Assembly: GCA_965217895.1 (NCBI GenBank)
Contig: CBDCJV010000002.1
Coordinates: 4,224,001 to 4,288,000, forward strand
Direction: 5' to 3'
Source of the DNA: Waterburya sp.
Lineage (GTDB): Bacteria; Cyanobacteriota; Cyanobacteriia; Cyanobacteriales; Xenococcaceae
Length of the DNA: 64,000 bases
The notes below the pieces were generated by a model. The model was not told the DNA's origin. It made no database searches and saw only the letters and a list, made by a program, of their open reading frames with translations. Of the stretch, positions 1-9,936 are shown piece by piece; position 1 is the stretch's first letter, and each line of letters starts with the position of its first letter. The translations under genes and the position numbers were made by a program.

Positions 1-54
1 AATTTTGTATTTACGTAGCTAAGTAAATCGTACTTTATGCGTAGATCGTAGTGG

Positions 55-88
55 CTAAAAGCTAATAGCTAATAGCTAATAGCTGATA
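55..88. repeat. Heptamer tandem repeat (TAGCTAA-type, STRR-like)
   Basis: gctaaaagctaatagctaatagctaatagctgata; related runs near 6818 and 12595-12630. Confidence 0.7.
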
Positions 89-162
89 ACCAGTGAATCT
101 GAACGAAGTAATTCACATCAGGCGTACCTTTGTTGATATCTATTGGTAAGTGCTAACTTTAC

Positions 163-1899
163 ATGAAACTTTTATTATTAAAAACTTTATTACAGCGTCG
201 CGCCAGAGACGAAGGTTTTACTCTGCCAATGGTGATTGCCCTTGGTTTGGTGATGCTTCTTTTAGCCGCAGTAAGTATCACCACAGCTAATGAAGAGAAT
301 TTAACCGCTATCACTCAAAATTCAAAATCTGATGCTCTAGCGATCGCTGAAATTGGTGTTGCTCAGTATCGGGAAATGTTAGACAAAAACAGAATTTTGA
401 CTATTTATAATCGCGCTCAATGGACTAGCAATGACGTTAGCGGAGTAAATGTGGTTGGACAGAATTGTGATGTCATTAGTGGTACTGGAAATGGCTGGGC
501 AAGTAAAGAACCTGCAAATACAACATTTAGTGCTGCGAATTGGCGAGCAGTCAAATTAGACGAAACAATTGTTGGCAAAGATTTAAACAACGATGGTGAC
601 AGCACAGATACCGACGCTACCATAGGCTGGTATAAAATTGTAGACTACGAATATGATAATGATAGAACGCTTGCAGATAATGACGATGACGGAATATTTA
701 GCGTTATAAGTGATGTCAACAAAGATGATGATCCCTTAACCCTTGCTCCTGGTGTAACTGCAAACAGTATTACTGATGAGAATGACATAAATGATGATGG
801 TATTAGTGATACTAAAGGCATTTTAACTGTTAAGGGTCGTAGTAGCGATGGTAGCGAAGCTCAAATTCAAGTAGAAATTCCAATTCGCATCAATCTAGAT
901 GATATGACCAACCTTGCCCCTGCCTTATGGATTGGTAATAGTGGTATCACTGCTACCAATTTGGGGAATTTAACTATTGGAAATGGTAATGTTGTCATCA
1001 AAGATCAAGCGTCAGCAGATGGATGCAGTGGCTTTAGTTCTTTAGCCTCGGCAATCACAACAACCTCACCAGGAACAGTTATTAGCGATAGTCGCGATCT
1101 ACCTCTAATTAAAAAAATTTCCAATCCAACAGCAACAGTTCCTGCTGATTTTGGAGATGTTGAAAAAGCTAGGACTGGATTGTCTATACCTACAGGAAGT
1201 CCAATAAATAATCTTCCTCTCACTGTTTCAGAAACCACTACCAATGATGCAGGAGAAGTCGCTACTGTTTATAAAAAAGTTATATTTGGTTCTGCTGCCG
1301 ATAAAGGATATAACCTAAATGCAGTATCTCCCAATTTGCCTACTGATTGCTCTAGCACCAAAGTTAAATTATGTCGCTATTACTATGATCCTCCTGAAAC
1401 GACAGAATTGATTTATACAGATACAGATTTGTTAACTGATGGTGTAGCTAGAACCACCTTGCTATTAAATCGACCTCTTACTATTAAAGCGACAAATACT
1501 GCAATAACAGGTCAAAATGTAAAAATTGGTAGTACTAGTCCAGTTGCTAATGATTCTAATAGTTTTGAAATATACGTTAATGGCAATCACGACATTACTA
1601 TCGATGTAGCTAGTGGTAGAACTGTGACAATCAATGGTTTTATCCATGCCCCTGAGAGTACTTTAACTATTACTGGAGATGGCATAGTTAACATTAATGG
1701 TTCTGTTTGGGTTAACGATTTTGATAATAGTGACGGAGCTACTGTAAATATTTCTCCAGACACGATTAGCAGAGAACCTACTCCTGATAATCCTTCAACT
1801 TCGGGTAAAGGTTATGAGTTTTATAGCACAACCGCCAGCAGAACTCCCAGACCGATAACTGGTAGCCCAACTAACTGGAAAACGGAGAAAGTAGATTAA
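163..1899 (+). CDS. PilX-like minor pilin / pilus assembly protein with large C-terminal domain
   Basis: Prepilin-like G|FTLPMVIALG lacking Glu5 (PilX trait), hydrophobic helix, ALAIAEIG motif, Asp-rich DxNxDG motifs. Confidence 0.75.
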   Translation: MKLLLLKTLLQRRARDEGFTLPMVIALGLVMLLLAAVSITTANEENLTAITQNSKSDALAIAEIGVAQYREMLDKNRILTIYNRAQWTSNDVSGVNVVGQNCDVISGTGNGWASKEPANTTFSAANWRAVKLDETIVGKDLNNDGDSTDTDATIGWYKIVDYEYDNDRTLADNDDDGIFSVISDVNKDDDPLTLAPGVTANSITDENDINDDGISDTKGILTVKGRSSDGSEAQIQVEIPIRINLDDMTNLAPALWIGNSGITATNLGNLTIGNGNVVIKDQASADGCSGFSSLASAITTTSPGTVISDSRDLPLIKKISNPTATVPADFGDVEKARTGLSIPTGSPINNLPLTVSETTTNDAGEVATVYKKVIFGSAADKGYNLNAVSPNLPTDCSSTKVKLCRYYYDPPETTELIYTDTDLLTDGVARTTLLLNRPLTIKATNTAITGQNVKIGSTSPVANDSNSFEIYVNGNHDITIDVASGRTVTINGFIHAPESTLTITGDGIVNINGSVWVNDFDNSDGATVNISPDTISREPTPDNPSTSGKGYEFYSTTASRTPRPITGSPTNWKTEKVD

Positions 1900-1905
1900 A
1901 TTGTC

Positions 1906-2766
1906 ATGAATAAATTATTGAAATTGAAAGCAATATCTTTTAAAAAGCCGTCTGAAAAGTGCGATTTGCCACACCGAAGCCCCCTAAATCCCCCAAGCTT
2001 GGGGGACTTCCAATCATACATGCGGCAAAAGCCTTTGTCCCCCCAGAATTGGGGGGCGGGGGGGACAAAAGTTAGCGAAAATCTCTTAAAAATAGCTTTT
2101 CTCAAATCTTCTCGCAAAGATGCAGGTTTTACTACCTTTGAAATTCTTATTTCGCTGCTAATTGCTTTGCTCTTTGTTGCTGTATCTATGCAAAGCTTGG
2201 TCTATGCTATGGCAATGAAGGTGCAGGCACAAGAAAAGCAACGAGCTAATGAACTAATCCAGGAAGATATTGAAAGGATTAATCGACTAGGTAGCACATT
2301 AACACCAGGAGCTACAGCAAGTACAACGACTATAGCAACTCCACCATATTGCAATCCAGTAAATACGCCTGCAAGAGCTGCTGCACCATCAGCAACTCCT
2401 CCCATACCTACTGCAATTCCAGCAAGAACAGCTTATGAAAACAGCTATGCACAGGCACTTTGGAATTCTCTGCAAACGTCAGCCCCAAGTACTTCAAACT
2501 CTTTAAAAAAAACCTTGATCAAAAAAGTTGATTCCACCACTGGAGCAACACAGACACAGGGAAAAACCCTCGCTTTAAAACGTTTTCATGTTAGTGGAGG
2601 TAGTAGTACCGCGCCTCATAGAACTTTAAAAGTTGGCTATCAAGTCTGGAATTGGAACGGGACTACTTTTACCAACAAAAATAACGGGACAATTACTACT
2701 GGAGATGAACCGATCGCAGAAACTTATGTGGAGATCATACCCGATGTCGCTTTACGCTGCCCGTAA
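1906..2766 (+). CDS. PilV-like minor pilin with repeat insertion in its leader
   Basis: G|FTTFEILISLLI prepilin motif at 2125-2160; follows the PilX-like gene. Confidence 0.75.
   Translation: MNKLLKLKAISFKKPSEKCDLPHRSPLNPPSLGDFQSYMRQKPLSPQNWGAGGTKVSENLLKIAFLKSSRKDAGFTTFEILISLLIALLFVAVSMQSLVYAMAMKVQAQEKQRANELIQEDIERINRLGSTLTPGATASTTTIATPPYCNPVNTPARAAAPSATPPIPTAIPARTAYENSYAQALWNSLQTSAPSTSNSLKKTLIKKVDSTTGATQTQGKTLALKRFHVSGGSSTAPHRTLKVGYQVWNWNGTTFTNKNNGTITTGDEPIAETYVEIIPDVALRCP
1945..2090. repeat. Cyanobacterial small dispersed repeat / MITE-like element inside pilin leader
   Basis: GC-rich hairpins TCCCCCAAGCTTGGGGGA and TTTGTCCCCCC..GGGGGACAAA encoding PLNPPSLGD..PQNWGAGG; degenerate copy near 6700-6730; ends approximate. 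Confidence 0.65.
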
Positions 2767-3247
2767 ATCTAACTCTGGCTTTACCTTAATTGAAATGCTC
2801 GTCACATTCATTATTATTGGGGTGATTGCTGCGATCGCTGCTCCTAATTTTCTTGGCTTGCTCAATCGTAATCGAGTCAATCAGGCACAAAGGCAAGTAG
2901 AAGGAGCGTTAAAAGAAGCTCAAAGGCAAGCTATGCGTAAAGGAAAGCAATGCTCTATTAATGTTAATATTACTGATAGTGCTATTTCTGGTGGATGCTT
3001 GTTAAGCAATAGAGAATTAAACACCGATAGTTATAAAATTCAACTAAACTCTACTACAACCCCAATTACTTTTTCAGGTAAAGGCAATATAACTGGGGCG
3101 ACTCCTCTTTTAGTTGTCTCGATTCCTAATGGCACAGATTCTCGAAAATGTGTGGTTATAGATAGTCTATTGGGTTCGCAGAGATCGGGAGATTATTCTG
3201 AAGCTATTGCTGCGGGTGCAACACCTGTATATGCTAAATGTCAATAA
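2744..3247 (+). CDS. FimT/GspH-like minor pilin
   Basis: G|FTLIEMLVTFIIIGVIAAIAAP; ATG 2744 with GGAG upstream preferred over ORF-track start 2633. Confidence 0.85.
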   Translation: MSLYAARKSNSGFTLIEMLVTFIIIGVIAAIAAPNFLGLLNRNRVNQAQRQVEGALKEAQRQAMRKGKQCSINVNITDSAISGGCLLSNRELNTDSYKIQLNSTTTPITFSGKGNITGATPLLVVSIPNGTDSRKCVVIDSLLGSQRSGDYSEAIAAGATPVYAKCQ

Positions 3248-3288
3248 ATACAATTGTTTTATATTGCTAGATTATTAAACCAGAGAAA

Positions 3289-3798
3289 TTGATAATGCTA
3301 CAGTCAGCAAAAAAGCGCGATCGCGGTTATACTTTGGCAGAACTGATGATTACTCTTGTTATTGTTGGTATCATTGCTGCGATCGCTGTTCCTAACTTTC
3401 TTGGTTTACTTAGTCGTATTAGATTGGAAGGAGCATTGCAACAGCTATTGGGTGCAATCAACGAAACCCAAAGGCTGGCTATGGTTCGAGGTAAATCCTG
3501 TCGGATTAATATCAATCCCAGCACTAATAATATTACTGCTAACTCAGCAGGATGTTTATTGAGTAACCGTAATCTGAATGACGAAATAACTGTCCGCAGC
3601 AATTTTACAGGCTCAACAAATATTACTTTTTCTTATAAAGGCAGCACCACTAGAGCGGGTACTATTGTTTTATCTTCAGACTATACTGACTTACAAAAAT
3701 GCTTTGTAATCTCTCTGGGTACTGGTATTAAAAGAGTTGGTAACTATAACGGCAGTAAAACTGGCTCTGTTTATTACACCAATTGCAAGACAGAATAA
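3289..3798 (+). CDS. FimT/GspH-like minor pilin (paralog of preceding gene)
   Basis: G|YTLAELMITLVIVGIIAAIAVPNFLGLL; shares GCLLSNR, ITFS.KG and KC.VI motifs with 2744-3247. Confidence 0.85.
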   Translation: MIMLQSAKKRDRGYTLAELMITLVIVGIIAAIAVPNFLGLLSRIRLEGALQQLLGAINETQRLAMVRGKSCRININPSTNNITANSAGCLLSNRNLNDEITVRSNFTGSTNITFSYKGSTTRAGTIVLSSDYTDLQKCFVISLGTGIKRVGNYNGSKTGSVYYTNCKTE

Positions 3799-3901
3799 TA
3801 ATAAATTCTGTTTCCATAGGTCACTTTAAGGTGATATAAGTCACAAAGGCTTTAGCCGCATATAGTCAGAAGAACTGAGGTTACATTAAGGAAAGAGTAT
3901 T

Positions 3902-4168
3902 CTAATAATGATACCTAGCTTGCAAAAATTCGCTAAATCTTGCGGTTACTCGATAAACTAACTTATGTTCCTGAGTAATTCTTCTCGACCAAACATCACT
4001 TGCTATATGCCTTAAGGGTTCAGGCTTGCCAATACCTTTAAATGGATCTTCAGTCACTGCTTCTATCAAATCTAGAATTTTCTTGGCTTTAGCCTTGTCT
4101 TTTCTAAACCACCAGCCTAGATCTTCCCGCAACCCTTGGTTAAAGATAATCTTACGGTTGACATTCAT
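3902..4168 (-). CDS. yoeB: Txe/YoeB family toxin
   Basis: [27 protein letters not shown] signature. Confidence 0.9.
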   Translation of the reverse strand: MNVNRKIIFNQGLREDLGWWFRKDKAKAKKILDLIEAVTEDPFKGIGKPEPLRHIASDVWSRRITQEHKLVYRVTARFSEFLQARYHY

Positions 4169-4452
4169 CGATTAATTCTGACAAACTTTCGCTCTCAATT
4201 AATTCATCAGGCAGTTCATCCCTAACTCTAGATTCCTCTAAAGCTGCAAACAATCGCTCGGCATTTTTTGGCGATCGCACGCAGTAAATGTAAACTTTCT
4301 AAAATAGTAGTCAGTTCATCAGCAGGTAAAATGGCAATATCCTTATATCCTCTTCTCGTAATAAGAGCGATCGCATTTTCCTATTCAATTCTATTTAATA
4401 AGGTAGCCAAATTTTGTCTGGCATCAGTATAGGAAGTAGATATAGAAAACAT
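4152..4452 (-). pseudogene. yefM: YefM/Phd antitoxin pseudogene
   Basis: Own translation: SYTDARQNLATLLNRIE*..ITRRG..; TAG at 4381-4383 plus a 4-bp insertion near 4278 relative to the second copy. Confidence 0.85.
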
Positions 4453-4624
4453 TTCTTTTGTACATACATTCTATACATATTATTATGACAAATAACGATT
4501 TACAGAACTTTTAGCCTCAAGCAGGTTGAAGATTAAAAATCTGAATTAAGACACTTGTTGTCTCGTCTATTTTAAGTTTGTCTGTATATTCTTTTTCAAT
4601 TTGAAAACATAACACATTATTTTT

Positions 4625-4652
4625 GTAGGGGTGAACAGCCGTTCGCCCTTAC
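4625..4652. repeat. GTAG-type REP-like palindrome
   Basis: GTAGGGGTGAACAGCCGTTCGCCCTTAC imperfect hairpin. Confidence 0.6.
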
Positions 4653-4723
4653 GATTAATCTGCGGTAAAGACAGTTTGATTTGATATTAGAAACGTAATA
4701 AACAATAATTATTGACTTATGGG

Positions 4724-6403
4724 TTAGGTTGGGGTGGGTCTGCCTGTAGCAGCAGAGCATGCAGTACCAGAAAAACAACTAGGAGCAAATTTTTTCTCAA
4801 ATACGTCTGAGGTAACAATAAAAATATTATCTTGTAAATCAAATCCAGGTTCTGTAGTAGAAGCATGGACACCAATTTCAAACCCAACGATTCTTTGATC
4901 TTCCCCTAGAAGTTTTAATCTTGCCTTTTGTGCTGTCTCTTCTGATGCTGTCAAACTCAATGAGTCTACATAAGTGTTGATCTCAGCCACAGAAGTTGGA
5001 ATTTTAAATTTTGTGTTTCGGTTATTCAGGATTTCAGCCTGGGTACCTGTAGTAGTATTATTAGCGAGATCGATAATTGCCCAACCTTTGTCATACAAAA
5101 ATCTGCCTAAAGTTTTTTGTCCTAATTCATTACTGCCATAGTTGGGAACACTAGAACCTTGTTTAAAAAATTGAACAGTTTCCTGGTGGGATTGACCAGA
5201 TGCATCCGTGACTTGTTCTGGATGGGCATCTGAAGGACAACTACCTCCTGTTTCTAGAGTAGAATCGCACACACCATTAAATGTTTTAGGTTTACCAAAG
5301 TTTATAGTGTGAGGTACTGGATCTTGACTACTATTACAGCCCGTCCCATTTATAGGGTTAGAAGTAATTGTTAAAGGTTTATCGGATTTTATTTCAATTG
5401 GTTGGGGTTGAGCTTGTGTAGTGCTAGTTGGATCTTGAGTCCAACTAACTTTATCAGGATCTGTAGTAGGAGATGCAGAATTACTAAAATCAGTTCGCAT
5501 AGACCACATATCTGGTGTACCACCTGCAACATCCTTGCATTTATAATCACCCCCTAAACCTTCAACACTCCAGGTAACAGATTTATTTTCATCCGTTTTA
5601 GATGCAAGAGTTTTTCTTGCTCTAGCTACAACTTGGGTATTATTAGTTTGGCTATCATTATTTACCCCACTAGCAGTTTTAGTTTGTCCTGTGAGATATA
5701 ACTGTGCAGTATTTCGGGGATTATAATCTTTTGATGTAATATCTGGTTCGTAGGATTTTGTAGAATCTTGGAGAGAAAGACAGGCATAAAAGCCTTTAGG
5801 ATTAGTTGGTGTAACTGTTCCAGTGGTACAGGGTGAAGATACTACTTTTGTATCATCTTCTTCATTTATACCAATACCATCAATTAATGCTTCATACTGC
5901 CATGCGCTGGCATTCGTAAAGTTACCGTTGGCATCAACAGGTGTATAATTTCCATTAGCATCAAGAGGTGGTCCCCACCTGTATAAAACTTGAGGCCCTT
6001 TCCAGTTGCCGTTATCATTTGACTGTAAATAATAAACTATTCTTCCTCTTGTACCGACTGTCGTAGTAGAAGTTATTTCTGGAATATCTAATGCGAAAAC
6101 AATTGTTTTACCAGTAGAATTAAAAGCAGTACCAGCATTAGCAGCATCTGTTTCGATATTTTTAGCTTGTCTAACCTCATCAGAGATGAAATCTAAAGCG
6201 CGAGAGTTTTCAGTTCGGGCTTTTACTTTAGAATTTTCACTTTGAGTAGTGCTTAATACGGTTACTAAACCAAAGCCCAATGCACCAATTACAAAGATGC
6301 TCATAAATAAGCCAACCAGTAATTCAGTTAGAGTAAAACCAGAATTAGTATTAAATTTATTTTTTTTTATTTTTAAAAGTTTATAAAACTCTTTATTTTT
6401 CAT
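4724..6403 (-). CDS. PilW-like minor pilin with C-terminal extension
   Basis: G|FTLTELLVGL; RALDFISDEVRQA and LYRWGPP motifs of cyanobacterial PilW-like proteins. Confidence 0.75.
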   Translation of the reverse strand: MKNKEFYKLLKIKKNKFNTNSGFTLTELLVGLFMSIFVIGALGFGLVTVLSTTQSENSKVKARTENSRALDFISDEVRQAKNIETDAANAGTAFNSTGKTIVFALDIPEITSTTTVGTRGRIVYYLQSNDNGNWKGPQVLYRWGPPLDANGNYTPVDANGNFTNASAWQYEALIDGIGINEEDDTKVVSSPCTTGTVTPTNPKGFYACLSLQDSTKSYEPDITSKDYNPRNTAQLYLTGQTKTASGVNNDSQTNNTQVVARARKTLASKTDENKSVTWSVEGLGGDYKCKDVAGGTPDMWSMRTDFSNSASPTTDPDKVSWTQDPTSTTQAQPQPIEIKSDKPLTITSNPINGTGCNSSQDPVPHTINFGKPKTFNGVCDSTLETGGSCPSDAHPEQVTDASGQSHQETVQFFKQGSSVPNYGSNELGQKTLGRFLYDKGWAIIDLANNTTTGTQAEILNNRNTKFKIPTSVAEINTYVDSLSLTASEETAQKARLKLLGEDQRIVGFEIGVHASTTEPGFDLQDNIFIVTSDVFEKKFAPSCFSGTACSAATGRPTPT

Positions 6404-6963
6404 ATTAAAGAAAGCTTTTTGTATATAAAACTAAAAATATTTATTTGGTATTTAAGCGAAGCAATTTAGATTGGATAAAAAAATTTATTACCGTCTACAC
6501 TTGTCGCCGTTTATACTATTACTAACCCAATATAGTTGTATCGATCAAAGAGTGTAAATTCGTAAACACACTGATTTACAGATGAAGCGGAGATGAATAT
6601 CAGGTAAATTACTTTGATTTTTTAGCTATTAGCTTTTAGTCCATAGCTTATTTAACAGCGAATTTTATCTAGAAAAATAACTGTTTATAAAGTAAACAAA
6701 AAGTTCCCCAAATTTGGAGGATTTAGCGGTTGTCTTAAATATCAAGTCCATTTTGAAAAATAAGGCGATATACTACGCTTTTCAGATGAGTAGACCATAA
6801 TAGTCAAATTAAAAAAAGCTAATAGCTGATAGCTACGAACTAAATAGAGGAGTAGGGTCGATAGAGAAGTAGGGTCGATCTTTGGAGTAATTACCTCAAA
6901 CACCTCACCACCACAAATACCTCATTACCCCAAACACCCTACTACCCAGTCTTCACAGATTGA

Positions 6964-7062
6964 TAAAAGCGATCGCTTAAAAGAAGTCCACGATTGCAGA
7001 GACTGGTAAAAAAATTCTAGTATTCTAGTAATGATATCTAGCTTGCAAAAATTCGCTAAATC
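6964..7062. repeat. About 100-bp duplicate of 9673-9779, containing the 3' end of yoeB
   Basis: taaaagcgatcgctt.aaagaagtccacgattgcagagactgg..attcgctaaatc present at both sites. Confidence 0.85.
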
Positions 7063-7148
7063 ATAGTTTTCTATTCTTAATTCAGCAACGCCAAAATTAA
7101 TTTAGATTAGGTTGATATACTTTGCTTTAGTAGTATCGCCCAATTTAT

Positions 7149-7499
7149 ATGAAGTTAGGAGATGTTGCCAGTCGTATAATCATCGACCCTCGAAAGCTAA
7201 CGGAATATGCACTTAATCTAGATAACCCCAAAGGAGTAAACAAAGCAATAATGTTTGAACGTCATCTTGGTTTTACCAAAGATAACCACCAACTGCTACT
7301 ACAGCAAATTGAGTCAAAAGTACTCGATGCTGAGGCGATTTTACAAACAATAGACGTACACGGACAAAGATATCAGGTAGATTTAGAAATAGAAGGAGTT
7401 GAATTAGGGCAAATAGAAACTGTGCGAACTGGATGGATCGTTGAATTGAAAAACGATATAGCAAGGTTAGTTACTCTTTATGTGAGGAAAAGAAAATGA
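7149..7499 (+). CDS. DUF6883-like putative toxin
   Basis: IDPRKLTEYALN..KG.NKA..F..LGF..VRTGWI..RLVTLY pattern. Confidence 0.65.
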   Translation: MKLGDVASRIIIDPRKLTEYALNLDNPKGVNKAIMFERHLGFTKDNHQLLLQQIESKVLDAEAILQTIDVHGQRYQVDLEIEGVELGQIETVRTGWIVELKNDIARLVTLYVRKRK

Positions 7500-7807
7500 C
7501 TCAGCCAGAATTATTTGATGTTGTTGAGTTATTGATAGATTTGCCTAAATCAAATCTCCGTGCAGGAGTTCAAGGGGCAATTGTTGAATGCTATCAAGAT
7601 AATAATTATGAAGTAGAGTTTTCCAATTCTGAAGGAGAAACATTAGCACTTTGTACTTTGTCTGCTCGACAATTCGTTGTTGTTTGGTCAGCTAAAACAA
7701 AAACTTGGCTAACTATCTCGGAAAGAGTCGCTGCTATTCTTAACAATTTAGATAATCATCGACAAGAAGAAGTTTTGGATTTTGCTCGGTTTTTATATCA
7801 TAAATAG
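7496..7807 (+). CDS. DUF4926-like putative antitoxin/immunity protein
   Basis: ELFDVVELL.DLP..L.AG..GAIVE..YEVEF..GETLAL; ATGA overlap with upstream gene. Confidence 0.7.
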   Translation: MTQPELFDVVELLIDLPKSNLRAGVQGAIVECYQDNNYEVEFSNSEGETLALCTLSARQFVVVWSAKTKTWLTISERVAAILNNLDNHRQEEVLDFARFLYHK

Positions 7808-7912
7808 GTGTTGCTGATTGGAAGTATGAATTGATAATGCTACTGTTATTAGCTTTTTAAGAATAGAATCAAAATGCTAAATGCTCCGTTCATATCTTAA
7901 TTTAGCAACGCC
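7807..7912. mobile_element. 106-bp MITE with terminal inverted repeats and TA flanks
   Basis: GGTGTTGCTGATTGGAAGTATGAA ... TTCATATCTTAATTTAGCAACGCC, TA on both sides; solo end at 7074-7092. Confidence 0.7.
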
Positions 7913-7919
7913 TAGTATT

Positions 7920-8186
7920 CTAGTAATGGTATCTAGCTTGCAAAAATTAGACAAATCTTTCGGTTACTCGATAAACTAATCTATGTTCTTGGGTAATTCT
8001 TCTCGACCAAACATCACTTGCTATATGCTTCAAGGATTCAGGCTTGCCAATACCTTTAAATGGATTTTCAGTCACTGCTTCTATCAAATCCAGAATTTTC
8101 TTGGCTTTAGCCTTGTCTTTTCTAAACCACTAGCCCAAATCTTCCCGAAACCCTTGGTTAAAGATAATCTTACGGTTGGCATTCAT
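7920..8186 (-). pseudogene. yoeB: Second yoeB copy, nonsense-inactivated
   Basis: Same length as and closely similar to 3902-4168; TGG->TAG at 8130-8132. Confidence 0.85.
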
Positions 8187-8466
8187 CGATCAATTCTGAC
8201 AAACTTTCGCTCTCAATCAATTCATCAGGCAGTTCATCCCGAACTCTAGATTCCTCTAAGGCTGCAAACAATCGCTCGGCATTTTTGGGCGATCGCAGTA
8301 AATGTAAACTTTCTAAAATAGTAGTCAGTTCATCAGCAGGTAAAATGGCAATATCCTTATATCCTCTTCTAGTAATAAGAGCGATCGCATTTTCCTATTC
8401 AATTCGATTCAATAAGGTAGCCAAATTTTGTCTGGCATCAGTATAGGAAGTAGATATAGGAAACAT
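8170..8466 (-). pseudogene. yefM: Second yefM copy, nonsense-inactivated
   Basis: LHLLRSPKNAERL motif in frame; TAG at 8395-8397, same codon as in copy 1. Confidence 0.85.
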
Positions 8467-8568
8467 TTTTTCTGTACATATTATCATGGCAAATAACGAT
8501 TTACAGAACTTTTAGCCTTAAGTTAACTCTAAGCGCGATCGCGCTACTCAAGAATTTTTCAATGACAA

Positions 8569-8976
8569 TTAGCTGATATTAAGCGCAATAGTCTTAACAA
8601 AAGAATAATCAAGTATTTTTTTGTCAACTGTCACCACGGGAATATTAGATACTCTTGCTGTTGCCACAATTATCCTATCTGCTGGATCTTTATGAAAATC
8701 ACCTGGTAAAGTTTGTGCATCGATTGCGATCGCAGGAGTGATACTAATTAAAATTATTCCTTCTTGTGACAAGGCGATTTCAAACCATTTTTGAATCGGT
8801 AAAGGGAGAATAATTCTTTCAGCACTAACCAGTCTGGCTATCTCAATCAGGCTGATGGTAGAAATTCCTAGTTCATGTTCTCTTTCTTTTTCAATAACCT
8901 GACTGTGATAATTGGTCAATCTAGGATCGTTTTGATTCAGCCACACAAAAATATGAGTATCTAATACAATCATCAA
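8569..8976 (-). CDS. vapC: PIN-domain VapC toxin
   Basis: IVLDTHIFVW..S.ISL.EI..HKDPADRIIVATA..VTVD. Confidence 0.9.
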   Translation of the reverse strand: MMIVLDTHIFVWLNQNDPRLTNYHSQVIEKEREHELGISTISLIEIARLVSAERIILPLPIQKWFEIALSQEGIILISITPAIAIDAQTLPGDFHKDPADRIIVATARVSNIPVVTVDKKILDYSFVKTIALNIS

Positions 8977-9257
8977 ATCTCTTCATCGAAGTTTTCCATA
9001 TTCCAATCTTCTTGAGGAATAGCGGGTTGTTCGGGATCGGCATAATAGGCGTAGGGTTGCATATTTGCCAAAGGATTAGGGCTATATTTTTTTTTCACTG
9101 CTGCATTAGTATTGATTTGAGAAAACTTATTTTGAATACTTTCATTTAGTATTTCTGAAGCAAGGGTTTCTACAGAAACTTTTCTCTCGGCAGCAGCTTC
9201 GATCAAAAGTTTTTGAGCTTTTTTACTGATATTGACGTTTGTTCCAACCATAATCAA
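8973..9257 (-). CDS. Putative antitoxin of VapC
   Basis: Small gene overlapping vapC start; acidic tail DPEQPAIPQEDW; start may be 9251. Confidence 0.6.
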   Translation of the reverse strand: MIMVGTNVNISKKAQKLLIEAAAERKVSVETLASEILNESIQNKFSQINTNAAVKKKYSPNPLANMQPYAYYADPEQPAIPQEDWNMENFDEEI

Positions 9258-9279
9258 ACAAGCAAACTATATTTATTCT

Positions 9280-9428
9280 ATGCTACTGAAAATATATTCG
9301 ATAGCAAAGATTCCCAAGCAGCAAGAAAACTTGACCAGCTTAACGCAGTGACTTTGTTAGAAGAACTAACAATACCCCCTGGGAATCGTCTAGAAGCACT
9401 CAAAGGAAATAGAAGTAGAAATAGTTGA
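9280..9428 (+). pseudogene. higB: HigB (RelE/ParE) toxin remnant
   Basis: ATENIFD..AARKLDQL..PPGNRLEALKG then truncated. Confidence 0.7.
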
Positions 9429-9449
9429 TTATCATTAAAATATCAGTTT

Positions 9450-9689
9450 ATGAAAATACCCAAATATAGATCGCCAACCCATCCAGGGGAAATGTTACTC
9501 AAAGAGTTTTTAGAGCCAATGCAAATTACTCAACAAGCATTAGCTCAAGCAATTGGCGTACCCTACCAACGAGTCAATGAACTAGTAAACCAAAAAAGAG
9601 GTGTTACCCCTTTATCTGTCAAATACTCAACTTCAAACATATTAATTGTTAAATCACCGATGAGTTTTATTATAAAAGCGATCGCTTGA
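9450..9689 (+). pseudogene. higA: HigA antitoxin, C-terminally disrupted
   Basis: PTHPGEML..EFL..TQ..LA.AIGV..RVNELVN.KRGVTP then unrelated sequence. Confidence 0.75.
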
Positions 9690-9741
9690 AAGAAGTCCAC
9701 GATTGCAGAGACTGGTAAAAAAATTCTAGTATTCTAGTATT

Positions 9742-9874
9742 CTAGTAATGATATCTAGCTTGCAAAAATTCGCTAAATCTTGCGGTTACTCGATAAACTA
9801 ATCTATGTTCCTGAGTAATTCTTCTCGACCAAACATTACTTGCTATATGCTTCAAGGGTTCAGGCTTGCCAATA
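9742..9874 (-). pseudogene. yoeB: 3' fragment of a further yoeB copy
   Basis: Matches 3902-4034 closely. Confidence 0.8.
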
Positions 9875-9936
9875 TCTAGCATTAACCTTAGATGCAAATA
9901 GACTGAACTCAAGTTAGATATTTTTAATTAATCTAA

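Noticed and set aside
7983..8249. 88-aa + strand ORF
   Set aside because: Antisense shadow of the yoeB pseudogene.
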